Origin: Octopus vulgaris
Lineage: Eukaryota
Length of the DNA stretch: 64,000 nucleotides
Reading direction: 5' to 3'
Assembly: GCA_951406725.2 (NCBI GenBank)
Contig: OX597829.1
Coordinates: forward strand, 21,638,001 to 21,702,000
Shown piece by piece: positions 1 through 13,383 of the stretch. Within the stretch, counting starts at the first letter, position 1, and every line of letters starts with the position of its first letter. The notes under the pieces are model-generated. The model was not told where the DNA came from and did not search any database. It saw only the letters and a list, made by a program, of their open reading frames with translations. The translations under genes and the position numbers were made by a program.

Positions 1-444
1 ATTTGAGAGACAGAAACTGAAAGAAGCTTGTCATGTGTGTGTGTAGGCATGGTTTTATGGGTTAGTTTGCTTCCCAGCCATATGGTTTTGAGTTTGGTCC
101 CCACCAAGTGGCACCTTAAGCACGTTTTCTACTCTAGTCTAAGGCTGACTAAAGCTTAGTAAATGGATTTGTTAGATGGAAACTGAAAGAAACCTGTTGG
201 ATCTATGATGGGTGTGATGATATGTAACTATATGTATATCTTTGAGTCTGCTTGTCTTGATAACCCACATGATAGTTGTAAACGAGTGTCACTATCATAC
301 ATGTTGTGTTGTTCTTTTCTGATATGCTGTATAAACATGCCTGGCTATGGGGGAAATATTTCCTCATTTGTAGGTAAGGGTTGGTGACAGGAAGGGTATC
401 CTGCTGTAGCAGATCTACCTCAATAAACTAAATGTGTGATGCAT

Positions 445-760
445 GTTATCATCATCATCATCATTTATTGTCCATTTTCCATGCTAGCATGGGTTGGACG
501 GTTTGACTGGGGTCTGGGAAGCCAGGAGGCAGTGTTTCTACAGCTGGAATGCCCTTCCTAATGCTAACCACTCCGTGAGTGTAGTGGCTGCTTTTTACAT
601 GCTACTGGCACAAGCCAGTCAAGGCAGTGCTGGCACTGGCCACATTCGGATGGTGCTTTTTACATGCCACCGGCATGGGTATCACAACTGCAATTTCCAT
701 TTGATTTTTATTTTGATGTTGATGTACTTGACTCAATAGGTCTCCTCAAGCACAGCAGGT
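445..760 (-). mobile_element. Copy of the RTE 3' tail (short retroposon)
   Basis: Reverse complement of the 4900-5210 tail with a (CAT)n end. Confidence 0.75.
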
Positions 761-1093
761 CGCCCTACAATCCAATGTAAGCACAGCAGGTTGTCCTACG
801 ATCCAAGTATGCGTAGAAAAGTGCATATTAAAATGATGATAACATACATGGTTAATTGGCAAAGTTGTTAGAACATCATGCAAACTGCTTAACAGTATTT
901 GTTTCAATTCTCTGCACTCTGAGTTCTAACTGCAGCTTGGCTTTCAGGGGTCAATAAAAAAATTAGAAAGAATTATTAGTAATGATGTTGGTGATAAAAG
1001 TAGCTGCAGTAATTAATGTTATCAACCTTAGTATCTATTTTCACCTTAATGAACCCTTTTATTGTAGTTTTATTTTATTTTATTTTATTTCAG

Positions 1094-1261
1094 CAATTGA
1101 CAGTGATCCTGATAGTTTTGGAGACTTTATGCAAGGACCAAGTTCTGAACAGTCTGAGAAATCTTGGATGGGTTCTTTAGGCTTTTCTTCATCTTCATCA
1201 GAAAATAATCCAGCTAAAGCTCCTCCCCCTGCCAATGAAGAAGAAGAAGAAGAAACCAAAG
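1094..1261 (+). CDS. SYNRG: SYNRG exon (IDSDPDSFGDFMQGP...EEEETK)
   Basis: tttcag| acceptor, |gtaaaa donor, phase 1-1, FGDF motif. Confidence 0.85.
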
Positions 1262-4200
1262 GTAAAAACAGTAGAATAGCATTGTTTTATTGATGCATTA
1301 TTAAAAGAATGTGTGGATTTCTGTTGTTTGATAAGGATTCAGTTGATCCAGTAACTGAATTATCTGCCCTTGAATTATCATTTAATTGGCTGAGCATTCC
1401 ATGTGTATCCTTGACGTAATTATTAGGTAGTAGACGTGTGATCTACAACTTAAAGGACGATTACTTTAGGTTACTTTTTAGTTTACTTTTCAATCTCTAA
1501 AAACCCTCAAGTTGTTGGCTAAAGATTTTTTACAATAAATACTTTAGTACATAGCATTATAAATGGATTTTTTTCAAAATTCTTATTATTTTAATAATAA
1601 TAAAACCATTTATATCTAAGTAAATAAGAAATCATGAATAAACAATATAATATTTAAAATAAGCATATAGATCACACAAGTTTGGCAGCTGTGAGTTTTG
1701 CAATGTAAAGAAACTAAAAACTAACTTAAAGTAATCGCCCTTAAAGATGTATATCACATGCCAATGGGCACCAATTGGTGTTACTTGGTGTATGTGATCC
1801 ACCTGATGGGCTCCTATACAGTGTCTGTCTACTTTATTTCACTTATAGCCCTAGTATATTACTAGTACTTATCCTTTCCAAATGCCAAGTATAAGTAAAA
1901 TGGCTCCAGTCTGATTTGAATTCATTTTAAATGCAGTTGGTTGCTGAATTATGTAATATCTTGACTAAGTTATCTGCAGCACTACTCATTAGAAATTATT
2001 TGGGTTCAGTCTCACTGTGTGGCACCTTGGACAAGTGTCTGCCGATATAGTTTCAGTCCAACCAAAGCCCTCTGAGTAGATTTTAGATTTTGCGGGTGGA
2101 AACTGAAAGGCCCAGTTCATCATCATTTAACGTGTGTTGTCCATGCTGGCATGGGTTCGATGGTGTGATCAGAGCTGGCAAGCTGGTGGGATTCACCAGA
2201 CTCCTTTCTGATTTGCCCTTCCAAAAGCCAGCCACTTTACAGAGTGTGCTGGGTGCTTTTACATGGTACGGTACACATGCTTTTATGTGGCACTGCATGG
2301 AAGAAGAAATTCAGTTTTTACTCCTGAAAGATTCAGTTGCATTTGGAGATAACTCTGGAAAGAGTTTTTAGCAAAAATTCATTCAGCCACAGTATTAATA
2401 TGGATTGTAATAATAATGGTTTCAAATGTTTGTACAAAGCCAGCACTCTTGAGGGGAAGTGGAAGTTAATTGTTGATTGCAATAATGTCAGTATTTGAGT
2501 GGTACTTTATTTTATTGATCCCTGAGGAATGAAATGCGAAGCTTATCTCGCCTGGGATTTGAACTTGGAATGTAAAAGACCTGGGATGGATATCACTAAG
2601 GATTTTTTCCAGTTTTCTAACAATTTTGCCAGCTTGCCACATTATCAGTCATATTAATAATGATGAACTCAAAATACTCACAAACAAATACTCACAATAA
2701 TTTTGCTGATTAATTTTTCAGATTTAATGGCAATGATGTTACAGTATTCTGACCTAAATGTTTCTCAGAAAGCCAAAACATTCCAGAACAAAAAGACTTT
2801 GAGGGAAACAAACCTAACCAATGTTACAACCTCGAGGAGTGCCTCATATACCAGCAGTGAGCGATCTCGTAAGTGGCAAGACGGCGATGAAAGTTTGTCA
2901 GGCCTCTTTAAAGTAGAAGGTAGGTCATGGTTATTTTTCTCAATTTATATTTTTTGTGGTTTGGTTTGTTTTTCTTTTATGCAGGTTTAAACTGATTTCA
3001 AGTTTGGAAAATTATTCTGTTTTTTCTCCCCATTCAGATTTCATTTTAAGAAAAATATTCATCATGGTTTTATAATTCTGATATTGTTAAATGAAGAAAG
3101 TTTAATTGAAATTACCTTCTTTGGTTAAAATTTCATATAAATTATTCAGTTAAATGTTTCATTTTGTTAGTTTTTACTTGTATTTGCAGATCAGCCACCT
3201 GTAACACCAGATGTTAGTTCCAACATGCAACCTCAGTGTACAACACCAGATAGTGGAAGTACAACACCAACAGTTTCTCAGTATCCAATGGGACCATTCC
3301 AGACACTTCCTTCATGGTGTTATTTGGATGATGACCAAATTCCACACGTCTATAGACAAGTTTATGAAGCTTCTTCAGCGTAAGTTATAAAAAAAAACAA
3401 CTTTAACATTTCTTAGTTCTTAAAAATTCTCAAAAGGTGACATTTTCCAATTTTAAAAATGATATTCATTAAACTGAAACTTTAACGAATGGAAAGTTAA
3501 TTGTTTAATTAAGTATTTTATAAACATTAATCCCTTACATTAACAATATGTAGACATTATGGAATCACACTCACCTTCCTTTGAACTGAGTTCTTGAACT
3601 TAGGTTCCATTCTAGCAATGGAGTCTCTGTATGGTTGCTCAACCTACTAGAAATAACAACAAAATTATCTTAAATCACTACTGTTATTGTTCAAAGTAGG
3701 GTTGGCTTTGCTGGCCACTGTTACTATGGTGAACTCCAGACCATATCTGATATTGTATTTTTGACGATTCATCATTTTCATCCTCATTTAACATCCATTT
3801 TCCATGCTCGCATGGGTTGGATGGCTTGATAGGTACTGGCCAGCTGGAGAGCTGCTCAGCTCCATGTCTATAAGATGTACCCAGTGTAAGCTATGGGCAC
3901 ATAAGAGGTACAGCAATATCAAAGGAAGGCTAACTGGGAAGATAGGTTTTGTATGTGCCAGATGTTCAGGAGCAATAAATACTGAAAATGTGCAGAGAAC
4001 AACTTCTACCACATCCCAGGGAAAAAAACTAGAAGTAGTTGATAGCTTTCATAACCTAGGTGACCAAGTCAGTTGCAGGGATGGGTGCTCTGAAAGTGTA
4101 GCTGCAAGAATAAGAATAGCCTGGGCAAAGTTCAGAGAGCTCCTACCTTTGCTGGTGACAAAGGGCCTCTCGCTCAGAGTAAAAGGTAGACTGTATGATG

Positions 4201-7200
4201 CATGTGTACGAACAGCCATGCTACATGGCCGTGACTGCTGAGGACATGCATAAGCTCACAAGGAACAAAGCTAGTATGCTCCACTGGATGTGTAATGTCA
4301 GTGGGTATACTCAACAGAGTGTAAGTACCTTGAGAGAAAAGTTGAACCTAAGAAGCATCAGATGTGGTGTGCAAGAGAGACGACTGTGCTGGTATGGTCA
4401 TGTAGTGAGAATTGATGAGAATAGCTGTGTGGAAAAGTGCCACACCCTAGTGGTTGAGGGAACCTGTGGAAGAGGTAAACCCAGGAAAACCTGTGATGAG
4501 GTGGTGAAGCACGACCTTTGAACATTAGGCCTCACTGAGGCAATGACTAGTGACCGAGACCTTTGGAAATATGCTTCGCTTGAGAAGACCTGGCAAGCCA
4601 AGTGAGACCATAACCCGTGGCCTATGCCAGGGGTGTAACCAGCCCATTTACGTGTACCTTTCCTTCATTGGACACTAAACTCTGCTTGCGAAGACCTGTT
4701 GAGGCAAGTGAAAACAAAATCAAAATCAAATTCGATGACAGCACTGCATGATTGACATTCGTGCGAGTGGCGCGCTAAGAGCACCATCCGAGCATGATCG
4801 TTGCCAAAGTAGCTGACTGGCTTCCATGCTGGTGGCACGTAAAAAGTACCGTTGTCATTGTTACCTACATAGCCTTACTAGCACTTGTCCCGGTGGCATG
4901 TGAAAAAATAATTTGAGTGAGGTCGTTGCCAGTGCCGCTAGACTGGCTTCTGGGCAGGTGGCATGTAAAAAACACCATCTGAGTGTGGCTGTTGCCAGTA
5001 CCGCCTGACTGGCCCTCGTGCCAGTGGCACATAAAAGCACCCACTACACTCTCAGAGTGGTTGGTGTTAGGAGGGGTATCCAGCTGTAGAAACTGCCAGA
5101 TCAGATTGGAGCCTGGTGCAGCCATCTGGTTCATCAGTCCTCAGTCAAATTGTCCAACCCATGCCAACATGGAAAGCGGAAAGTGGACGTTAAATGATGA
5201 TGATGATGATCTTGCAATCTTGAGTGTAACAGCCTAACCATTAAGCCATGCACTCTCTCACACACACATACACACATGCAAGTGTGTGTGTGCATCCCCT
5301 AGTTTTGACATCATGTTTTAGTTGTAAATGAGTGTCTCTGTCATGCAAGCAGTGTCATTTATTTCCGGTATTCTGCGTAAGCATGTCTGGCCAAAGTGAA
5401 AATATTGTCTTACTTGGAAACCTGTGAGGGTAGGTGACAGGAAAGGCTTCTGGCCCATAGAAAAATCTACCTCAGTAAACATTGTCCAGCACATGCATGC
5501 ATTGAAACATGGACATTAAAATGATGATAGCAATGATGATGATTACCTGTGTTACTATTGTATGTTTCTCTGCTCTATGTTGCTCTTCTGCAGCATTCTG
5601 TTCGATGTTGTTTTGTTTTATATTAATATGGTTTTTATTATCGGTCTGCATTACTTTTCTAGATCAATATAGAATAGAGCAGTTATAAAACAGTAACATA
5701 GAACAATCATATAGAATGGTAGCAGAGAACAGAATAAGGTAGAACACAGAACTGTATCACATATTAGTAATGTACAAAAGCGTAGCATATGAAAGACTAA
5801 CATATTGATCTGATCTATATTGATCAGTTCCAATATTAATCTAATGTTCCTATTCCATATTGCTCTCCCTTATGTTACTTTTTTTTTTCATTCTTTTGTT
5901 ATTTGCTTCTCTGCTGCTCCAAGTTGATGTAAAATAGAGAAATATTGATTTTTCTTTTTCCATAACTTTTAGTTTGTTTTTGCTGTTTAAATTTCTGTTT
6001 CCATTTTCGCATTTGGGTTTCTTAGTTTTTCTTTCTCTTTTTTTTTCATTATTCATTATTTTTTTTTTTACCTCTATTATAAATAGATGGTGTTTCTTGA
6101 TGGTGCAATGTGGAGTGTACAAGGTGTGGACCTCACCAGCTAACCACTTCATATGCATGTTTTTGCTGTAGTCTAACATATTTAATGAAGGGTGGTGAGT
6201 GCATTTTGACCACTACACAGTGCAGCCAAAACCCACACTGCATCATTGCTGTCCCCTACTGCTAATCAGTTAACTGGAGAAAGCCTGCTTGATTGCTTTC
6301 TGTTCTTATCATTTCTAATAAACTGAAGTACATAGTTTAACATATCTTGATCCAGGATCACAAAACAATTGTAATAGTTGTGAAATTTGAACCTGAATAC
6401 ATGGGGTGTAGTCCAGCACTTTAATCTCACGGCCATTCTACATCAATATTTTGGCAGCAAATTGCTTTACATTGAAAAATGATCTCTTTTTTTTTTTTTT
6501 TTTTTTCCAGGAATGATTGTATAATTACAGACAGACTATATCCAATTCTTCTCTTAAGTGATCTTCCTCGACAGACTTTGAGAGAGATTTGGGAAGTATG
6601 TAATATGACGACACCAGGGCAACTCAGCAAACAAGAACTCTATCTTCTGTTATCTCTTATTGCGGTAGCACAGGTATGTCCTCTTTGTGTTCTGATGTGT
6701 TTTTTCACTTATTCTATTGGCCAGAGACAGGGAATTTGGCAGCTGTCACTCATATCTTTTTTTCTTCTGTTCTTTCCCTTGTTTCACTTATTACATTGTG
6801 GCCATGCTGGGGCACTGCCTTGAAGAATTTTTAGTCAAATGAATTGACCCCGATACTTATTTCTTTTTTAAACCTGGTATTTATTCTGTCGGTCTCTTTT
6901 ACCAAACCTCTAAGTTATGGGAACATAAACTCACCTACACTGGTTGTCATGTAGTGGTGAGGAATAAAGAAACACACACACACACATGTTGGGCTTCTTT
7001 CAGTTTCTGTCTACCAAGTCCACTTACAAGGCTTTGGCCAGCCTGAGGTAATGGACTTATTTCTTGTTTTAGTCATATCTGCGCCTATGTATTTTGTATT
7101 TCTGTAGTGCAGGATTTGTAGGGTTACTCTTAATTTTCTCATTTGTTGCACAGTAGGTCTGTAATGTATCTATTTATGACTAACATCATTTGATAGTGTT

Positions 7201-10200
7201 GTATCTCTTTATGACTATTAATATAGCTGGTGGCACATAAAAAGCACCATTTTAGCATGATCATTACCAGTGTCGCCTTACTGGCACTTGTAACATTCAA
7301 GCAAAGTCATTGCCAGTGCCGCTGGACTGGCTCCTGTGCAGGTGGCACATAAAAAACACTATTTGAGCATGGCCATTGCCAATACCACCTGACTGGCCCT
7401 CGTGCCAGTGGCACATAAAAGCACCCACTACACTCTCAGTGTAGAAACTCTGTCATCCAGCTGTAGAAACTCTGCCAGATCAGATTGGAGCCTGGTGCAG
7501 CCATCTGGCTCGCAAGGCCTCTGTCAAACCGTCCTACCCATGCCAGCATAGAAAGCTGATGTTAAACGATGATGATGATGATATTCTATCCTAATGTCAT
7601 ATAATGTCCTGTTTTTTGTGACTGATGCAATGTGAGTGTTCTCTCTTGCTTATGACTCCTACAATATGATAGTGTTGTGTCTTTTTTGATGGCTGATGGA
7701 ATGTAATAAGGTTGAAATAAGGATATGTATTCATGACAACTGCTGTGATAATGTAATTGTTTTTAAATCCATTAGACCATATTTTGAATAAAACAAAATA
7801 TTTTCTCTGCGGTGTTTTATTTTCAACAATTTTAATAATTATAATTCTGATATTAATACTGAAAAAATCCAAATAAGTAATATCGGTAATTTTTGCAGAA
7901 TAACCAAGGCATTCCATCAATGGAGATTCTTCATCAGCTACCTTCTCCTCCGGTGCCATTTTTCAACCAAGCCTCAGCCACTCAAATAACACCAACACAG
8001 CAGAATGCTGTCACAAGTTTTGGAGCATCTTCACCACCATCTTTTGCCACCCAAGATGCATCTTTAGCCAGCGGTGGGACATTGCTACCAAATTCTTCAT
8101 CTACCGTTAGACCACCCACTTCAGTTCCTTTTGAAAATACCCCGACATCTTTACTAGAAACCACGTTTGGTATGTATTTAGCATTAACACTATTTGGGGC
8201 TTTGGTTAATGTATTCATTTCATAAAATTAATAATATATTTATCTCTTAGGGTTAAATGCTTCCACTCAGCTTAGCACATCTCAGAGTGCTCCTGTTTTT
8301 GGAACGTTCTCTAAAGAAGTTACACAGACAGCCCCGACAGAGAATTTATATGGAGATGAGGATTTCGCTGATTTTCAGGTTGCTCCTAAAATAACGTCAG
8401 GTATAAATTTTTTTTTTTTTTTAAATTCCTTTCTTATAATTTTTGCTGTTTTCTCTGTAGATTGTGTTTGAACTTTTTCTATGCTTTATTATTTTGATTT
8501 TATAGTTTTGTTGTTATTTTGGAAATTTCAGTTTTAATTGTTACTCTTCCGAGTGTTGGGGATTAGGAGAATTAGTAGAATGTTGAATGAAATGCACTGC
8601 AGTATTTAGTTACATTTTTCTGTGTTGTGTGTTTAAATTCTGAAAAATTCTGTCTGGGGTCAAACTTGTCTTTCATCCTGACTGAGGCGAATAAAATAAC
8701 AATCACAAACTGGGTTTGATTGATCTCTTTTTGTTTTGTCTTTTTTTTTTTTGCTTTTTTTTTTTTACCATATTTCTGATAAAATACAATGCCTTTCCAT
8801 GAATTGATTTTGAAAATTATAAAGAAGTTAGTAAAATAACTTTGATGCTTGTGACATAAATTAACATGAAATTTTCATATTAGTGGTGTTTATTTAGAAT
8901 ACCTTAAAACAAGCGCAATTTCAAGTGGGTTGGTATCAAAAAGGTTAATAGACTATACTCTTTACTCCAAATTTGTGTCTTGTGCCAACATCACAAAATC
9001 AATATCACTCTAAACAATCTAAATATGTTTCCTTTTAACTTAACAAAAGTTTTCCAAAAATTATTTGAACTAATTTTGGAGCAGAGATGAAAAGAATAGA
9101 GACCAAAACTTGGGAATACAATTTAATTCCAGATTTTTAATATTTATTTTCATTAAACTGGCAGAATCATTGGCATGCTTGGACAAAATGCTTAGCAGCT
9201 TTTCTTCCAGCTTTATGTTCTGAATTCAAATTCCACTGAGATCAACTTTACTTTAAAATCTTTCAGGATCAATAAAATAAAGTATCAATTAAACACTGGG
9301 GCTGATGTAATTGATTGTCTCCACCAGAATTTCAAGCCTTCTGCCTATAGTCAAAAGGATTATTTGCTCAATATCAAAAACTGGTTAAAGTTGTTTTCAC
9401 TAACATTAGCCAATTATGAACTGTGTAAAATTTCTTATTAAAAATATTTTGAATGGCCCAACATAATAGCTTTTGTTCAAATATTATTGTATTTCATCAT
9501 TAGCTTACTGTGTGGAGTTATTGGAGACATAACTCTGCTTGCTTCAGTCAACTTGACTAAAAACAGGTTTCTTGATTTTTGGTTGAGTACATTGCAATAG
9601 AAAGGGCATCCAGTTACAAAGAAACATCATTCTAATAAAGGAAAAAAAAATGGAGTATAAACTTGCACTACTCTTTACTCTTTTACTTGTTTCAGTCATT
9701 TGACTGCAGCCATGCTGGAGCACCGCCTTTAGTCAAGCAAATCGACCCCAGGACTTATTCTTTGTAAGCCCAGTACTTATTCTATCGGTCACTTTTGCCG
9801 AACCGCTAAGTGACGGGGATGTAAACACACCAGCATCGGTTGTCAAGCAATGCTAGGGAGACAAACACAGACACACAAACCCACACACACACACACATAT
9901 ATATACATATATACGACAGGCTTCTTTCAGTTTCCGTCTACCAAATCCACTCACAAGGCATTGGTCGGCCTGGGGCTATAGTAGAAGACACTTGCCCAAG
10001 GTGCCACGCAGTGGGACTGAACCCGGAACCATGTGGTTGGTTAGCAAGCTACTTACCACACAGCCACTCCTGTGGTGTTTTCATGTTGGGAATATTTTAA
10101 TTGCTATGTTTTAATTAGTGTGTCTAGGTGTGGCTGTGTGTTAAGAAGCTTGTTTTCCAAACATGAGTTCAATCCCACTGTACAGCTACAGCACTTTGTA

Positions 10201-13200
10201 CAAATGTCTTCTACTATAGCCCCTACTATATTCAGTGGGTTTGATAGACAGAAACTTAAAAGAACCTGCCATATATATGTAGTCTAACCCATACTGGCAT
10301 AGAAAACAGATGTTAAATGTAGATGATACATATATATGTGTGTGTCTAAGTTCATTTACAGGAAACATTTTGAATATGCATATAAAAGTGCCTATACTAC
10401 TATGCCAGCTACAGCCTAATGATGCCAACTGGCAATACTTGTTTTTTGGAGTCACACTGAACTGTGCTAATATAATATGTGTGTGTGTGTGTGTAATTGT
10501 ACCCTTGTTTTAACTTCATGTGGTGGCTGTAAACAAACATCGCCTTCACTCAAATGATGTTCATTTCTTGCCTTCCACGAAAAATATGTCTGCCCTAAAG
10601 TGGTGAGCTGGCAGAATCGTTATCATGCCAGACAGAATACTTAGCAGCATTTTGTCTGTCTCTATATTTTGAGTTTGAATTCTGCCAAGTTGAACTTTGC
10701 CTTTCATTTTACAGGCGCAAGCGTAGCTGTGTGGTATGAAGTTTGCTTCCTAATCACATGGTTCTGGGTTCACTCCCACTGCATGGTATGTTGGGCAAGT
10801 GTCTTCTAATACAATGCCAGGTCATCCAAAGCCTTGTGAGTGGATTTGGTAGGCTGAAACTGAAAGAAGCCTGTTGTGTGTGTCTTTGTGTCTATGTTTG
10901 TCCACCACCACTTGGCAACTGTTGTTGGTGTATTTACATCTCTGTAACTTTGTGATTTGGCAAAAGATACTTATAGAATGGGTACCAGGGTTAAACAGAG
11001 AATAAATATTGGGATCGGTTCGTTTGACCAAAGTTCCTCAAGGCGGTGCCCCAGCATGGCAGCAATTTAATGACTGAAACAAGTAAAAGATTAAAGATAA
11101 AAGATTGGGAAATATTATCGTGCTTGGGAACAAGTGAGACTTGGCATCAACAACATCTGACCATAGAAAATCTGCTCAAACAGAAGAATTCTGTCCATCC
11201 GATGCAAGCATTGAAGAAAATGAAATTATGATAATGATGAAGATTTCAGTAATGATGTTCTTTCAGTATAGGTTGATATATTCACAAGCAGATTTCTTGC
11301 ATAGAAGCAAAGCCACAAATGTATATCTGCAAGATGTTAATTGAATCAACCTGAATATATGACTGGTATTTTAACAGTTGTTTGCAGTAATATTTTAAAT
11401 TTATATGACCCTCCATATACAAGAAGCTATATTTTCATCAACTTCCAATATCTTTTATTATTATTTAAACCTCAGAAATTAAAACAGGTTTTTGACAATT
11501 AAACAAGCCAGCAGTCCTTATTCGGGTTTATAAATCTGTTTTCTTTTTAATTATATGCTATTGTGTTTTGTTGAGCTATTTTCTAAATTAGCTAAACTAA
11601 CTACAAATTAAATGTTGTGTTTTTAATTTAAATATCAAACCCTTTCTCAGTGTTTTCTAAATAGAAAAATGAAGAAAGAATTAAAGTCATTTAGAAGTAG
11701 TTTGATTAATTGTGGTACTAAACATTTTGTTACTACAATTGATAGCTATAATATATCAATATCAAATATTGATAATATATCTTGGAGATTTCATCCCACC
11801 AAAAAAAGCTGTACAGCAACCTCCTGCTTGTTTCCAAAATTATAAGGGAAAGGCACTCGTGGTTTGCAGGACATTGCTGGCAAGTGACCTACTGCTATGG
11901 ATACCAAAGCATGGCTGTATTCAAGCAGGTCATCGAAATGTAATGCACATAGATCATCTCTCCAGAGGACACTGGTTACCTCCCTGAAGACCTCCCTCAA
12001 CTAATGCAGGACTGACTTAGATGGTGTATGCAGGTGAAAAATGTTTGAGCGAGCTTGACCAGACGATGATGATCAAATAAAACAATGCCCTACATCGCAA
12101 GCTCCAACGCTAAGGTCTTCTCAAAACACAGAAAGCTTCATTACGTCTTGGAATACAGTGAAGGAGATTTAGCATTCATGGTGTTTGGCTTTTATGTCAT
12201 ATGATTAGAAATAAGTACTAGTGATGTGACAGACAGTCCCGGACCATGTATCTCTAGCATGTTGCTTATCATCATTAATGATTACACCACAAATATGCTT
12301 ACTGTTCTGTTTTGAAATAAATGTCTCTCTATTTAGACTGCAACATTTTATCTCCCACAAGATAACTCACCAGAACTCTTGCATATCAGCAGAAATGTGG
12401 GTCATATTGGAAATTGTAATGTCTAATATCATTTGTTATATTATGATTTGAGAATTTTTAAAAAATCAATATATTCTTGTTATTTTAGATTCTTTGGACC
12501 AATTTAATATGTCACCTGTGACTGATGTAAACCAAGTAAATTGCAAGTGAGTTTGAGACTTTTTTTTTTTTTAATCTTTTCTGCTTATTTAGTAAATTCA
12601 AACTGTGCAGTATGTTGCATATGAAAGGCTTTCACTGAGCAGTATAGATACATCATTATCTGAAATTTTGTTTTTCTGCTTAAATTAGAAATCATTCATT
12701 CATTCGATCATTCAATTTTCATTTGATCAATCATTCATTCAATTTTTATTTGATCAATCATTCATTCAATTATTATTCGATCAATCATTCATTCAATTTT
12801 CATTCGATCAATCAATTTTTATTTGATCAATCATTCATTCAATTTTTATTTGATCATTCAATTTTTATTCGATCAATCATTCATTCAATTTTTATTCGAT
12901 CAATCGTTCATTCAATTTTTATTCGATCAATCATTCATTCAATTTTTATTCGATCAGTCATTCATTCAATTTTTATTCGATCAATCATTCATTCAATTAC
13001 TCTTCAACAGTCAATTAATTGCCATTCAATCAATTATCATATCATGTCTGTCATTGATTTTGGATTGTGTTGGGTCAGTTTGTTTTCAGTACAGTCTCTC
13101 ACTACTTGTTGCAGCCCTAGAATTCTGGGATCGGTCTCTACCTATTCTCACATATTTTTGTTGTCCCCTTCTGCAGGTTCCTTCTACTTGGATAACTTGA

Positions 13201-13323
13201 CACGTTTTGACCTGTCCATCATTCAACATGCATGCTTGACATTACACATTCAGCAGAGCAAGCTTGCCTCATTTTTTTTTCCATTCTCTCACACATCCTC
13301 TGCAGTTATTTTTCTTTCTCTCC

Positions 13324-13383
<60 letters not shown>

